From Epithemia pelagica (Eukaryota > Protista > Bacillariophyta), in contig OX337228.1 of the NCBI GenBank assembly GCA_946965045.2, positions 1,488,001-1,552,000 of the forward strand: DNA of 64,000 nt. Reading direction: 5' to 3'. Position 1 is the stretch's first letter; each line of letters opens with the position of its first letter. This document shows, one piece after another, positions 43,420-54,773 of this stretch. Position numbers and translations under genes: made by a program. The notes under the pieces were generated by a model. The model searched no databases. It was not told the origin of the DNA and worked only from the letters and a program-made list of their open reading frames with translations.

Positions 43420-44202
43420 TGTTACAATTCTTTCTGAATCGTAGGGACATTGATGCTCGGTAGAGCAGACAATCAGGTAGGTCACCAACCGATACAAGCT
43501 TCTCAGGGTCAGAGAAGCAAGCAAGTCGAAGTCTATCAGAAGGATAGTCGGGACACAAAAGAGGATGTGATAAATGGTGATATTGTTAGATTGTGTGTTG
43601 ATTACTACGATAGGTCTACGTGAAATGTTCGGTCCTGCCAAGGGTCATGTATCATAGGTTCTTGGCGGCAACAGGTTTGGAATAGTTGGAGTTGATTCAT
43701 GTGATGTATATGACATGTATATGTGGGCGGATAACATATACAGGGTCAACAGCTCTTGCTTTGGGTTGGCATAGTTGTTTTCATGGCGCGCAGCTTGTTG
43801 ACAATTTGGAGATTGTGGGAATGGAAATATGGTCTCGCGTGATCGTGTGTCGTGCTTGGGATACTTAGACCGTTGGGTCGGATAGATGCCGATAGCGCTC
43901 GGATGTCGCTTGGGCGCGCTCGATGATTTCGGGCGCGTACGCTTAGGGCGTTAGTACAGTGTCCGAGCAACGGCCAAATTTACGTCCGTTGTAATACCGC
44001 ACGACCCAATTTAGTCTTGAGAGTGAGTTCGTCAATCTATTCTCACTTTTCATGATTTGCGAAGAAATATAGGTCGATATAGCGCGAAGCTAGGAAACAT
44101 AGCTCGAAGCTAGAGGGCATGATGCGATAGCACGAGGCTATGTGACATGGGGAATCGATGAGATGTAGAATCTAACCACCATAGACGGTGAGAATTCTAA
44201 CA
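43420..44202 (-). repeat. LTR B5 (783 bp, 1 substitution at 43877)
   Basis: Matches LTR B1; followed by TSD CATTG. Confidence 0.95.
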
Positions 44203-44207
44203 CATTG

Positions 44208-47200
44208 TTGCGTTCCCAGGAGGGATACCTGGGTTCTTTTCTCCTTTGTTTGGTTGTTGTTTGTGTGTGGCTTTTCGCTGTGGTCTGAAGCCAGCGTCCT
44301 GGTGTCACCCGATCCTGGATCCCTCATTCTTTTTCCCCTTTTGGTCTTGATTTTGTCCGTTGTGCCTCGTTCGCGAGAGGGAGGTGGTGGAAGGCGTACC
44401 TTTTTCGCCTCATTCCTATACAAGCCCGTCCGAGCACGCCGTTCCTACAAGACCAAAACCTATCATGCAAGAAAAAGATTCGTAACAGCCCTGCTGATGT
44501 TTAATATAGTCTCTAATTCGTCTGTTTCATGGGCTGGTACTCTGGACCAAGGACAAGTACCGTATACCAGAAAGCGACCGTTGGCAGTTCGTCGACGACA
44601 TAAGCCCGCGAAAACAACAAGGCCCAAGGGATCTTCTCGTCAAGAAACACGAAGAAACGACGAACGAAACGAGCTCGACCATGGCGGACCAGATCTACGA
44701 CGCATTTGGTGCCCGGAAGAACCGACACCGTTTCCAGAAGGTCCTGATCGATGGAAATTGCCGGATGGCCGTCTTTCCCACTACTTTGGGACCGTAGACG
44801 AGCTAAGCGCAGCAATCCAACAGAATCCCCTTTCAAGACGAACGATGAATCCGATTGCGCAATTCCAGGCAATTCGTGATCTTGGAGGTGGATTGTTGCA
44901 TCGAAATCGGAAACAAGGAAACCGTCGAGTTTCTCAAGCAATGATTGCGGCCATCAAGCTCTCTTCGACCACGAGTTATCAGCAAGCCGAACACTTGCAT
45001 CATCGCATGTCCGTGTACATCAACATGGCGAACGAAGAGGACTACCCTGTTGTGGTCGATACTGGAGCGTCGTCCTCCTTGACACCCACACTGAAAGACA
45101 TTGACGGACCGATCAAACCGTGCGACACGACCGAGTTGAATGGCCTTGCCAGCACGACCAAAGTTGTGGGAGTTGGCATGGTTCAGTGGACCGTCCGAGA
45201 CGTCTTTGGAGTCGTCCGAACAATCCGGACGAAGGCATACTACGTTCCAGATGCGAGCATCCGCCTCTTCAGCCCTCAATCCTACTTCCAAGAGAAGGAG
45301 GCTGGTGGATTGTCGCTTGACCATGCTCGTTGTCGGCTCACTCTGCATGATGGAAGTGAATTGACTTTTCCGTTTAACTGGCAGAGCAACCTTCCCTTGA
45401 TGTTGCCAGCAGTGCAGACCCAGATGGGTTTGTCTTTTGAAGACGTGATGTCCATCCAAGAAATGGAGGCCTTCATGTCAGTGGCTGCTGAAACCAATCA
45501 GAATGTAACCGCGGCGCAGCGAGAATTGCTCTCTTGGCACTGGCGTCTTGGGCACGCGAATTTTGAGTGGATCCAAGATCTTTGTCGCGATCCAAAGGTG
45601 GACCGACGACGCGTCCTGCATACTCGACATGACCATGTGTCGAATTGCCCGACGCGGAATCTTCGTTGTACCGCCTGTCAGTTAGGAAAACAACGACGCC
45701 GTGGTGCAAACACTCAACACGCGAACACAAAAGAAGGACGTCAAATGGTCACTAAGTCAGATAATCTAGCACCAGGTGACCGTGTCAGCATTGATCAATA
45801 CCAGTCGCCTTTGACTGGTCGTTTGCCCCATACTCGAGGCAAAGAACCCAAGAAAGATCAGTACACGGGTGGTACATTATTCGTGGACCATGCTTCTGGT
45901 CTTATGTACTGTGTGCACCAAGTGTCCCTCAAAACTGGCGAGACCGTTGAAGCTAAACTGGAATTCGAACGTTATGCCCTCGACCATGGTGTCACTGTCA
46001 AGTCTTACCTTGTGGATAACAAACCTTTTGGGAATGACAAATTTGTTGATGCTGTCAGTGCGGCCAATCAGACCCTATCCTTTTCGGGCGTTGGGGCACA
46101 TCACCAAAATGGTGTTGCCGAACGTGGCATACAGACTGTAACCAGCTGGGCTCGAACGATGATGCTCCATGCTGTTCTCCACTGGCCCGAACACGCCCAT
46201 GATTTGAGTTTATGGCCCTTTGCCCTGCACCATGCAGTTTGGTTATGGAATAACCTGCCCAAGCGCGGTACCTTTATTGCCCCATTGGAATTGTTCAGCG
46301 GTACCACTTTCCCTACCTTGCATCACCTCCAACGCAGTCATGTGTGGGGTTGCCCTGTTTATGTCTTAGACCCTTCGATCCAAGACGGCAAGAAACTTCC
46401 CAAGTGGCATCCGCGTTCTCGACGAGGGCAATATCTGGGAGTGTCCCCCAACCACTCTAGTACCGTGGGCCTTATCCTTAATTTGGCAACGGGATTCGTC
46501 AGTCCCCAATTCCATGTGGTCTATGACGACCTTTTCTCAAGTGTACCTAATGCGCCGCCTCTCCACCACGACTGGCTAACGAACGAGGAATTGGACGCCC
46601 TACAGCGCCAACGAACTGAGGCCGAACGTATCAACGGCCTCCCTATCCCCCAGCCAGTTCTTCCGCCACCACCCTTGGCTCCAGAGGGAGCCGTGGCCCC
46701 TTTGGCTCCAGAGGGAGAGGCAATGGATGCTGAGGCCGCTCCAGGTCCCGATCCCATTTTCGCTCCTGACGACGACTCTGTTCCTCCTCCTGAACCTCTT
46801 TTCCCTCACCAATTTCCCCTGGACAATGTGGACCCAAATGGACCTCAAGCTCCTGTTGATCCTAATGATGGCCTCCACATGCCAGAATGGCAGACGGAAG
46901 GAGTGTGGGACGATGGCAACAACACAACAATGGATTCGGCGGATGAAGTTGTCGTGTTTGATGAGGAAGATGAACGAGAAAACGAGAAAGCCAGACGAAA
47001 GCAACACTTTGAACAGCCAGACGAGATGACTTTTGGTCGTGGTAAGAGGACTCGCAAGCCTAATCCCAAGTATGCAAGCTTCTCGCAAGCACGGTGGGCT
47101 GCACTCTCCCACTTTCCCCATGAGTCTGAAACGTATGCGCGAACGAAAGTGAAACGTGACTCCCTCAACGATGCATTCTTGGCACGATTGGATTGGAGCA

Positions 47201-48957
47201 CGGCCATTCACGAACTCAAGTCTACAACCTCAACCCTATTGGGACGTCTCATGGCACTCCACATGGACGTAAGGACGGGAACTATGGAAGCTATGCATCC
47301 CATGATGCTAGTAACTAAGGCCGATGCAGCGGACAACCCTAGATGGCATGATGCCATGAACGGACCGGACGCAGCTGGCTTTATGGAAGCCTGTAAAAAG
47401 GAGATTGACACCTTGTCACGCCTGATGAAAGCCTGGGAGGTCGTCGACCGCCAGGACTGGATGAATGTCATCCCTTCTACATGGGCGTTTAAAAGGAAAC
47501 GCTATCCCGATGGCTCAGTAAAGAAACTCAAAGCACGCTTCTGTGCTCGTGGCGACTTCCAAGTCGAAGGCGTCGACTTCTTCGAGACGTTTGCCCCAGT
47601 GGTCAATTGGACCACCGTTCGTCTCATGCTGATTCTATCAATAGTGTTGAACCTTGCAACAGTCCAAGTGGACTACACTGCTGCTTTTTTGCATGCACCC
47701 ATCGATCGAGATCCCAACTGGAACTCGATGACTCGACAAGAACGCGAACGAAGCGGCGTATATGTCGAAATGCCACGGGGATTTGGCCAAGACGGTAAGG
47801 TTCTTAAGCTTATCCGTTCCTTATATGGCCTTAAACAAGCCCCAAGGAATTTCTTTCTACACTTTAAAGGGCAATTGGAACGCGTCGGTTTCGTTTCGCA
47901 AGACGCAGTTGATCCGTGCCTCTTTATTTCTGAAAGAGTGATCGCAGTGATCTATGTAGACGACATTCTCTTCTACAGCCCCAAGCGAGAGTATATTGAC
48001 GAAATCCTCGACAAGTTGAAGTCGGACGAACATGCCGAACTAGAAGTCGAAGGAAGTGTGGCAGGGTTCCTCGGTGTTCATATCGAACGAGATGACACAA
48101 AAGGAACCATTAAACTCACACAGAAAGGCTTAACCAAGCGATTCTTGGAAGCCCTACAGGTTGGTGACCTCCAGCGCAGCTGTACACCCGCTCTGTCTAA
48201 ACCACTTGTTGAAGATAAGAATGGAGCACCGCCACAAGGACGCTACAATTTTGCTAGCGTCGTCGGAATGCTACAGTATTTACACGCCCACAGTCGACCG
48301 GACATTACATATGCCGTCAGTCAGTGCGCCCGTTTTACATTTAGCCCAAAGCGATCCCACGAAGAAGCGCTCGAGAAGATCGGGCAGTACCTAAAACACA
48401 CACAAGATCAAGGTCTGCTACTTAAGCCCAGTGCCACTTTGGATGTGGACTGTTTCGTGGATGCCGACTTTGCAGGATTATGGCCGTACGAAGACAAACT
48501 TGACCCAACGTGTGTCAAGAGCCGTACCGGTTTCGCGATTTGTATTGCCAACTGTCCCGTTATTTGGAACAGCAAGCTACAGTCATCAATCGCCCTAAGT
48601 ACAATGGAAGCAGAATACAATGCCCTCAGTGAAGCGCTCAAGTCAGTTCTTCCCCTACAAGAACTCCTCACTCATGTCGCGCGAGGCGTTGGTCTGCCAG
48701 AAGACTACACAACAACTTTTAAAACCACCGTGTGGGAAGACAACGCGGGAGCTCTTACCCTCGCAAACATGGAACCCGGTCGGATCACTCCTAGATCCAA
48801 GTATTACGCGGTGAAGACACACTGGTTTCGCTCTCATTTGAGTGAACGACTCAAAATCGTTAAAGTGGATACGACCCAACAACGTGCCGATATCCTTACC
48901 AAAGGCCTCACCCAAGCAACCTTCGAAAACATTCGCAAATTGCTGTGTGGTTGGTGA
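44208..48957 (+). CDS. pol: Pol of element A (PR-IN-RT-RH); in frame with gag when array B is removed
   Basis: VVDTGAS protease, WHWRLGH..CTACQLGK HHCC finger, integrase core, VIYVDDIL RT, FVDADFAG...RADILTKG RNase H. The GTG start at 44188 in the track lies inside LTR B5. Confidence 0.95.
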
Positions 48958-49033
48958 GATGCCATTTCATTCTCTTTTGTTTTCTTCATTACATTTACAA
49001 TCTACCTACATGTTCTCATCCGAATGCTCGTCT

Positions 49034-49042
49034 GAGAGGGAG
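49034..49042 (+). promoter_or_regulatory. Polypurine tract of element A
   Basis: GAGAGGGAG abutting the 3' LTR. Confidence 0.85.
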
Positions 49043-49189
49043 TGACAAGGGAGAGCGACCTAGTTGAGACTCCCCTAGCTCACGTCAGACTCGCAATCGT
49101 CAGTGCTTACGCACACATTCTTCTTTAGGCCCTACCGGCATTACGTAACGTATTATCTAGTCATAATTTTCAAAACCATCCCCTTTTCA
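49043..49189 (+). repeat. 3' LTR of element A
   Basis: Identical to 18683-18829. Confidence 0.97.
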
Positions 49190-50078
49190 ACACACAACAA
49201 TGATAAGACACAAATTAAGCTCAAAGATACGAAGCACCAAGATCACACCGCAATCACCTCTTGTTTGTTGCATCTAGCTTCCCCCAAGACAAAGACAACA
49301 AGACAACAATCAACCATAGTTTATGACATAGATGGTGATAAGCAAACAAATAGACAATCCCCAAGCACGAGTCGTCTTGCCGTTGTAATCGGAAAAAGCC
49401 TGGTTGATTGTGGTTTCGAGCGAATGCAAAGCTTCCATTTGGTCTGTGGAGGTGCAAGGGAGGCTTGCGGATGGTTGGATCAAAAGGAGAGCTTGCATGG
49501 ATGGATGGAAAGGATGGTCATCTGTCTCGTTGGTGTGGTTGTTCTTGGTGGTGGTATGCAGACCATGGAGAGACTCGTTGCGGCGGGTTTCGGAGGCAAC
49601 CGCAGGTTCACGATGGTCCGGTGGGGCAAGGGAGACATGTTGGTCATCTTGGGTGAAGGATTGAACGTTCATGGGTGATGTTATGACACTCTCAAGATTG
49701 GCTCCGTGGTGAATGTGTGGTGTGTTTTTGTGGTTTGTGGCAAAGTCGAGAAATCGCCAATTTTGGACCCTCGCGCCGTGGGGGTGAAAAAAAAGGTACA
49801 ATCTATTTTAACGCTGCCGCGCGCACCCGCTAGGGTAGCGTCGACCGACGCGCCTGGCTGAATAAGACTTTGCACCTCGAATTCACGACACATGTGCGAC
49901 CCGACTATTCACCCCTGCTTGGGGGTTGATGTTGCGGTACGCACGACAGACGAGTGGACAGGCCGGCGCGTCGAGAGCGCGGCGACATCTGTCACACTCC
50001 GTTGTCTTCCAGGAGCCAAGGCTCATTCTTTTGTCTGTGGCCGTCACGAGAGACCGCTGGAAGAATAGCTTAAGCACC

Positions 50079-52175
50079 ATGGCGACTTCCACTGCCGCCT
50101 CTGCGACACCGTCGCCGCCTACAACTTTCACGCAACTGTACGCCACTCAGCCGGATGTCTTCCAAGGCAACTATGCCCCCCTTTTCCAGCCATTCGACGA
50201 CACTGGCGGCCTCGCTCATGACGCTCTATTCGAAACGGTCGTCCATTCCTCGAACAGTTGTCCCAAGGTCTTCTTAGCCAACGTCCAAATCAACAACGCA
50301 CCGCAAATCATCGCAGTACACCGCCCTTCCCGATACGAGCCAGATTTAGCGGATCCAGCGCCTCACTGGGACGGCAAAGTCTTCGGTTTTATCGGCGATC
50401 TCAGTCCCCGAGGAAGCAACTTCATCAAAACGGTTGAACTGCCTGACACTTCCTTTGAACTCACATCCAGTCAACGAGTCCCCACTCTCGCAACCATGGA
50501 CGCACGATGGGCAGCCGACACGAATGCATCAACCATCGCCGCATTGTCCAGCACGGCAGCGGACACGGAATCCGTCACGACGCGACGACTCTTCCCGGTT
50601 CCTCGCCCGTACATTTCATTGATACTCGGGAAGACACTCGACCCGCGCGAAGCCTGGGCCACATTCTCCGCCGCCATCTCAGCTGCATCCCATCAAAACA
50701 TGTGTGCTCCACTTCTCGATTGGCTCCGCGTTTCTTGCACGATGAAACGCAGCACGACCCATCCAGATACCCAACTTGGTAGCCTCAGCACAGCCTTCCC
50801 ACCACTCGCAGTCGACACCCAGTTGGACCGACACCGCTGGTCCATCCTCACCCGAGACCTGCCGGCCCTCATCAACAACAGCTCGGGCGCTACCGAACGC
50901 GTCGCCACCATCCTAGGCGACATCCGTGCCGACCGTGTCACTGAACGGGCACAGGACGAGGCACGGCGCACCGCGGACAAGCGAGACAAACTACCCTCCG
51001 AAACCAAATATAAGACGGTGGCACGCGATTGGATGGCTTTCACGTCCGCCGCGACCGAGTCCGACCTTCCCTTGATCTACCATCAACTGGTCAACAGCGA
51101 CAAAGGCGAGCATCTCACCATCCTGAGAAACGCCGTCAAGGTCCGTGCACGTAGCGCAGCCGCCGCCACCAACCAAGTACCGGTGGTGTCAAAAGAGACG
51201 AAGGAGATGGTGCTCGGCGCACGCTTTGGTGTCGAAGCCCACCAGATGCATGACCTGTCCCAAGGTCTGCAGCCATTCAGTATGGGACTCTTCGTTGGCG
51301 ACGAACTGAGTAAAACCATCGACGCACGCGCGACCGATTATGACACCATGCTCAATGGTATCTCGGCTCCCACCTTGGGTGAACAAGCCTCCTTCTCGAC
51401 CAAAGAGGTCCGAATACCGCAAGACCACTTCACCGCCGGTTTGATGCTAGCCTCCACTAGTGTCCAATTAGACGTGTTCCAGGGACCATCCCACCCCTTT
51501 GCCACGGCATTCCGCGAGTTCTGCAAGCGACACTGGCCGTCCATCGCCACCACGATCCACCTGGCTTCTCGGTACAACCGATCCTTGGAACAGACGGTAA
51601 TCCCACGCATCCTGCGCTGGGTGCAAACACATATGGTCGACTACAGCCGTGAACTCATCCTCCTTGGGCAGGCAGCAACCTCCGTCCCTCCCTTCTCTGA
51701 CGTGCATTCAATGGTAGTGCATCAGCAGTACAATCTGCTTCCCGACATACCTGATCACTACCGTGCCGCCCTGCCCCCGGCGTTCCCCACTCCTGGCCTC
51801 TCCCCACCTCCATCCAAGCAACCATCCAAAAAAGAATCCAAGGACACAACCGACAGTAGCCAACAACAGCAAAAACCGCCCGGAGGTCCAGCCCGTACAA
51901 CGGGACGCGGTGGAGCCATGGTGGTCAACCACAACATTGACAACACATGGAAAGCGAAACTCGAACAGTCCGCCCGCAAAATCCGCGACATCGCCCCGCA
52001 CGCACCAGCGTCCTCCAATATGGACGACTCCAACAAGCCAGTCCCACTTTGTTTGAGTTACCACCTCCGAGGCAGCTGCTACAGCAACTGCAATCGTGCA
52101 GCCACGCACCGTGCCCTTTCTCAAGACGAAAATTCTGCTTTGGCTGCCCTTGTGGATAACCAACTCTCCGAATAG
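50079..52175 (+). CDS. Gag-like ORF1 of the YR element
   Basis: ATG 5 nt after A1; C-terminal Cys/His finger CLSYHLRGSCYSNCNRAATH; ends at TAG 52173-52175. Confidence 0.85.
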   Translation: MATSTAASATPSPPTTFTQLYATQPDVFQGNYAPLFQPFDDTGGLAHDALFETVVHSSNSCPKVFLANVQINNAPQIIAVHRPSRYEPDLADPAPHWDGKVFGFIGDLSPRGSNFIKTVELPDTSFELTSSQRVPTLATMDARWAADTNASTIAALSSTAADTESVTTRRLFPVPRPYISLILGKTLDPREAWATFSAAISAASHQNMCAPLLDWLRVSCTMKRSTTHPDTQLGSLSTAFPPLAVDTQLDRHRWSILTRDLPALINNSSGATERVATILGDIRADRVTERAQDEARRTADKRDKLPSETKYKTVARDWMAFTSAATESDLPLIYHQLVNSDKGEHLTILRNAVKVRARSAAAATNQVPVVSKETKEMVLGARFGVEAHQMHDLSQGLQPFSMGLFVGDELSKTIDARATDYDTMLNGISAPTLGEQASFSTKEVRIPQDHFTAGLMLASTSVQLDVFQGPSHPFATAFREFCKRHWPSIATTIHLASRYNRSLEQTVIPRILRWVQTHMVDYSRELILLGQAATSVPPFSDVHSMVVHQQYNLLPDIPDHYRAALPPAFPTPGLSPPPSKQPSKKESKDTTDSSQQQQKPPGGPARTTGRGGAMVVNHNIDNTWKAKLEQSARKIRDIAPHAPASSNMDDSNKPVPLCLSYHLRGSCYSNCNRAATHRALSQDENSALAALVDNQLSE

Positions 52176-54773
52176 GAAACAGGCCAAGATGACTTTGCCC
52201 CTCCGCCACCTAAGCGAGCAAAATTTCATTTCCCCGTCATCTCCAGGCCACCTACTTCTTACCAACCACCTCCTGCACCTTCTCCACCCTCCATCCCATT
52301 GACACAAGAGTCAATCAGCTCCTTCTCCTCGTCAAGCACGACCCGTACTACCAATCCAGTGACGACGACACCTTCGAGACGGCCGAACAACTTTCCCGAC
52401 CGAAAACTACGAGCCCGCAGCACTCCTCCGATCGATCCACACGCAGACCTTGGTAAGTTAGTAGACACCTATTCCACACTCCTCTCCTCCTTGCCTTGGA
52501 CCTCGTTCGTGCATCGTGTGCGTGGTCGCTCGTGTATCGCCCCTCTCGTCTCGTCGTTACCACATTGTGCCGCCTCTCTCCTTGATCATTTCCGTCAAGC
52601 AGGCGTCCCTATCCTTTCGGTCGACACCGAATGGACACCCCAACAACGCTCCATGGCAACCGCACGTGGTTGTCACAAAAGTGCTGTCGAGTATCAGCAA
52701 TTCATTTACGAAGACATGGCCGACATGGTCCAACGCGGCTATTGGATAGTCCTACCTTTTCGGCTCGTTGCCAAGTTACCCAACCTACGGATATCCCCTA
52801 TTGGGTGCGTCCCACAACGAGAGCGGAGGCCGCGAATTATAGTGGACTACACTTATAGCGGTGTCAACGCAGCCACTGACAAACAAGCGCATCCCGAAGC
52901 GATGCAGTTCGGTGGTACCTTGAAACGACTTTTGCATCGAATCCACGCCGCCCACCCCAAACACGGGCCAGTCTACATGCTCAAGATCGACCTCTCAGAC
53001 GGTTTCTACCGCGTCCCATTAAGGCCGACTGACATCCCCAGACTTGGAGTTGCCCTGCCCCGTGCCCCCGGCGCCACCGATGACCTCATCGCCTTCCCAC
53101 TCACATTGCCGATGGGTTGGACGGAGAGTCCACCACAATTCACCGCATTCACCGAAACCATCGCCGACTTGGCCAATCGTTGGACTGTTGACATGGCCTG
53201 GGACCCGCCACCCCATCCTTTGGAAAACCTTGCTTCGTCCGCGCCATACATCCCGGCCAACCGTCCCATTCTCTCCGTTCCTTCTCCGGCACATGGAAAC
53301 ATCCAACGCCTTCCAAATCAGGACCTACTCGCTGCCATCCCCCATACACCTCCCCCCGGTAACCAGTTTGTCGCCTACAAAATGGGACCGCTCGCGTACA
53401 CCGACGTGTACCTGGACGACACTATTCAGTTGGCCCAAGGCTCGAAATCTCGCCTGAATCGCATCAGGCGGACACTGCTCCATGCTACCGACCTGGTTTT
53501 TCGCCCGAACGACGACAGTGATAATAAATTTGGACGTCGGGAACCTGTCTCAATAAAAAAATTGACCAAAGGCGACGGTTGCTGGTCCACGTTCAAAACC
53601 ATCCTCGGTTGGGAGGTCGACACTATTCGGAAGACCATTGAACTTCCACCGCACCGAAAAACCAAACTTATAAGCCTTCTTTCAGACGTTCAGAGCAAAA
53701 CTATCATCCCAATCACCACGTGGCATAAGCTCTTAGGCGAACTCAGAAGCATGGTTCTTGGCGTCCCTGGCGGCCGAGGCTTTTTCTGTCATCTTCAACA
53801 GTGTTTGTCCCACGCCCACGGTTCTCAGTATGTGGTCATCAATCAAACGGCCAGAGACCAACTTGCCGACTGGTACCAATTAGCCACAGATCTCGTGAAT
53901 CGGCCGACCAGAATCGCGGAAATAATTCCCACCACGCCAAGCTATGTCGGCACCTGTGACGCGGCCCCGTCCGGCCTCGGTGGAGTGTGGCTTCCCCCCG
54001 ACAGACCCTCTCGACACACACCATCGCACCCACCAATTGTTTGGCGCTTTCGACTGCCGGCGGAGATTCAGCGACTGATACAGAGTCCGCACAATCCCCA
54101 TGGGCCGATCACGAACAACGACCTCGAGTTGGCAGCCACACTGGTGCACGCCGATATTCTCGCTTCGGCGGTCGACGTGCGAGAGAAAACCATTGCCACC
54201 GGGTGCGACAATACAGCCGCCGTTGGGTGGGCCGCTGCAGGCAGCACCACCACCACAAGTCCCGCCTCATACCTTCTCCGCGCATCCAGCCTCCACCAGC
54301 GAGCACATCGATATATCCACAGTGTCTCGTACCTGCCTGGCACCCACAACAACATGGCCGATGATGCATCGCGACTTTTCTCACTCCCTGACTCTCTTTT
54401 TCTGCGGCATTTCGATAATTCCTACCAGCAACAAGAACCATGGTGTCTACACCGTCCTCGTCCCGAGACAATTTCTACCTTGATCTCCGCCTTGCACAGG
54501 CGACGGCGCGGGCATCCGTCACCCCAAGCCGCGCCGAGGCCCATGACCGGATCTGGAACAAGACATGGGTTCCGTTCATTGAAGAGATCGGTCTCGACCC
54601 CTTCCTCCATGGCATCGACGACAAAATCTCCGTCCTTATGGTCTTTGCCCAACGCGTACGAGACGGGCGATGCAGCCGAAGTGGCCAGCCGGTCCGCGGT
54701 GATACCGTGGCTGACCAACTTCTGGCGATCGCCAAAGCGTTTATCACAGTGGGGTCCTCGGACCCACGCCTAA
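52176..54773 (+). CDS. Reverse transcriptase/RNase H ORF2 of the YR element (same frame as ORF1)
   Basis: KIDLSDGFYRV, LPMGWTESP, VYLDD; RNase H CDAAPSGLGG, NDLELAA, CDNTAA, ADDASR. The frame is open from the ORF1 stop. Confidence 0.92.
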   Translation, partial: ETGQDDFAPPPPKRAKFHFPVISRPPTSYQPPPAPSPPSIPLTQESISSFSSSSTTRTTNPVTTTPSRRPNNFPDRKLRARSTPPIDPHADLGKLVDTYSTLLSSLPWTSFVHRVRGRSCIAPLVSSLPHCAASLLDHFRQAGVPILSVDTEWTPQQRSMATARGCHKSAVEYQQFIYEDMADMVQRGYWIVLPFRLVAKLPNLRISPIGCVPQRERRPRIIVDYTYSGVNAATDKQAHPEAMQFGGTLKRLLHRIHAAHPKHGPVYMLKIDLSDGFYRVPLRPTDIPRLGVALPRAPGATDDLIAFPLTLPMGWTESPPQFTAFTETIADLANRWTVDMAWDPPPHPLENLASSAPYIPANRPILSVPSPAHGNIQRLPNQDLLAAIPHTPPPGNQFVAYKMGPLAYTDVYLDDTIQLAQGSKSRLNRIRRTLLHATDLVFRPNDDSDNKFGRREPVSIKKLTKGDGCWSTFKTILGWEVDTIRKTIELPPHRKTKLISLLSDVQSKTIIPITTWHKLLGELRSMVLGVPGGRGFFCHLQQCLSHAHGSQYVVINQTARDQLADWYQLATDLVNRPTRIAEIIPTTPSYVGTCDAAPSGLGGVWLPPDRPSRHTPSHPPIVWRFRLPAEIQRLIQSPHNPHGPITNNDLELAATLVHADILASAVDVREKTIATGCDNTAAVGWAAAGSTTTTSPASYLLRASSLHQRAHRYIHSVSYLPGTHNNMADDASRLFSLPDSLFLRHFDNSYQQQEPWCLHRPRPETISTLISALHRRRRGHPSPQAAPRPMTGSGTRHGFRSLKRSVSTPSSMASTTKSPSLWSLPNAYETGDAAEVASRSAVIPWLTNFWRSPKRLSQWGPRTHA

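Larger units (their letters stand above)
20641..44202 (-). mobile_element. Tandem array of copia family B (4 units, 5 LTRs) nested in element A
   Basis: Single TSD CATTG (20636-20640 / 44203-44207). LTRs lie at 20641, 23682 (partial), 30444, 38045 and 43420. Confidence 0.95.
18683..49189 (+). mobile_element. Ty1/copia LTR retrotransposon A (CoDi-like), interrupted by nested array B
   Basis: Identical 147-bp TG..CA LTRs, 5-bp TSD ACACA (18678-18682 / 49190-49194), PBS, PPT, gag, and pol in PR-IN-RT-RH order. Confidence 0.97.

Noticed and set aside
20641-44202. Array as CRISPR-like or satellite repeat
   Set aside because: The repeats are full LTRs with PBS/PPT and retroelement ORFs, not short repeat-spacer units.
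44188-44207. GTG start of the 1589-aa pol ORF
   Set aside because: It lies inside LTR B5/TSD and is an artefact of the nested insertion.
20635-44423. Many repeated short ORFs (60-270 aa) in LTRs and on alternative frames or strands of gag-pol
   Set aside because: They recur only because the DNA is repeated; they are shadow ORFs with no independent support.
49310-49801. 163-aa ORF between element A and the YR element
   Set aside because: No motif and an uncertain start; it may be a gene remnant, but the support is too weak.
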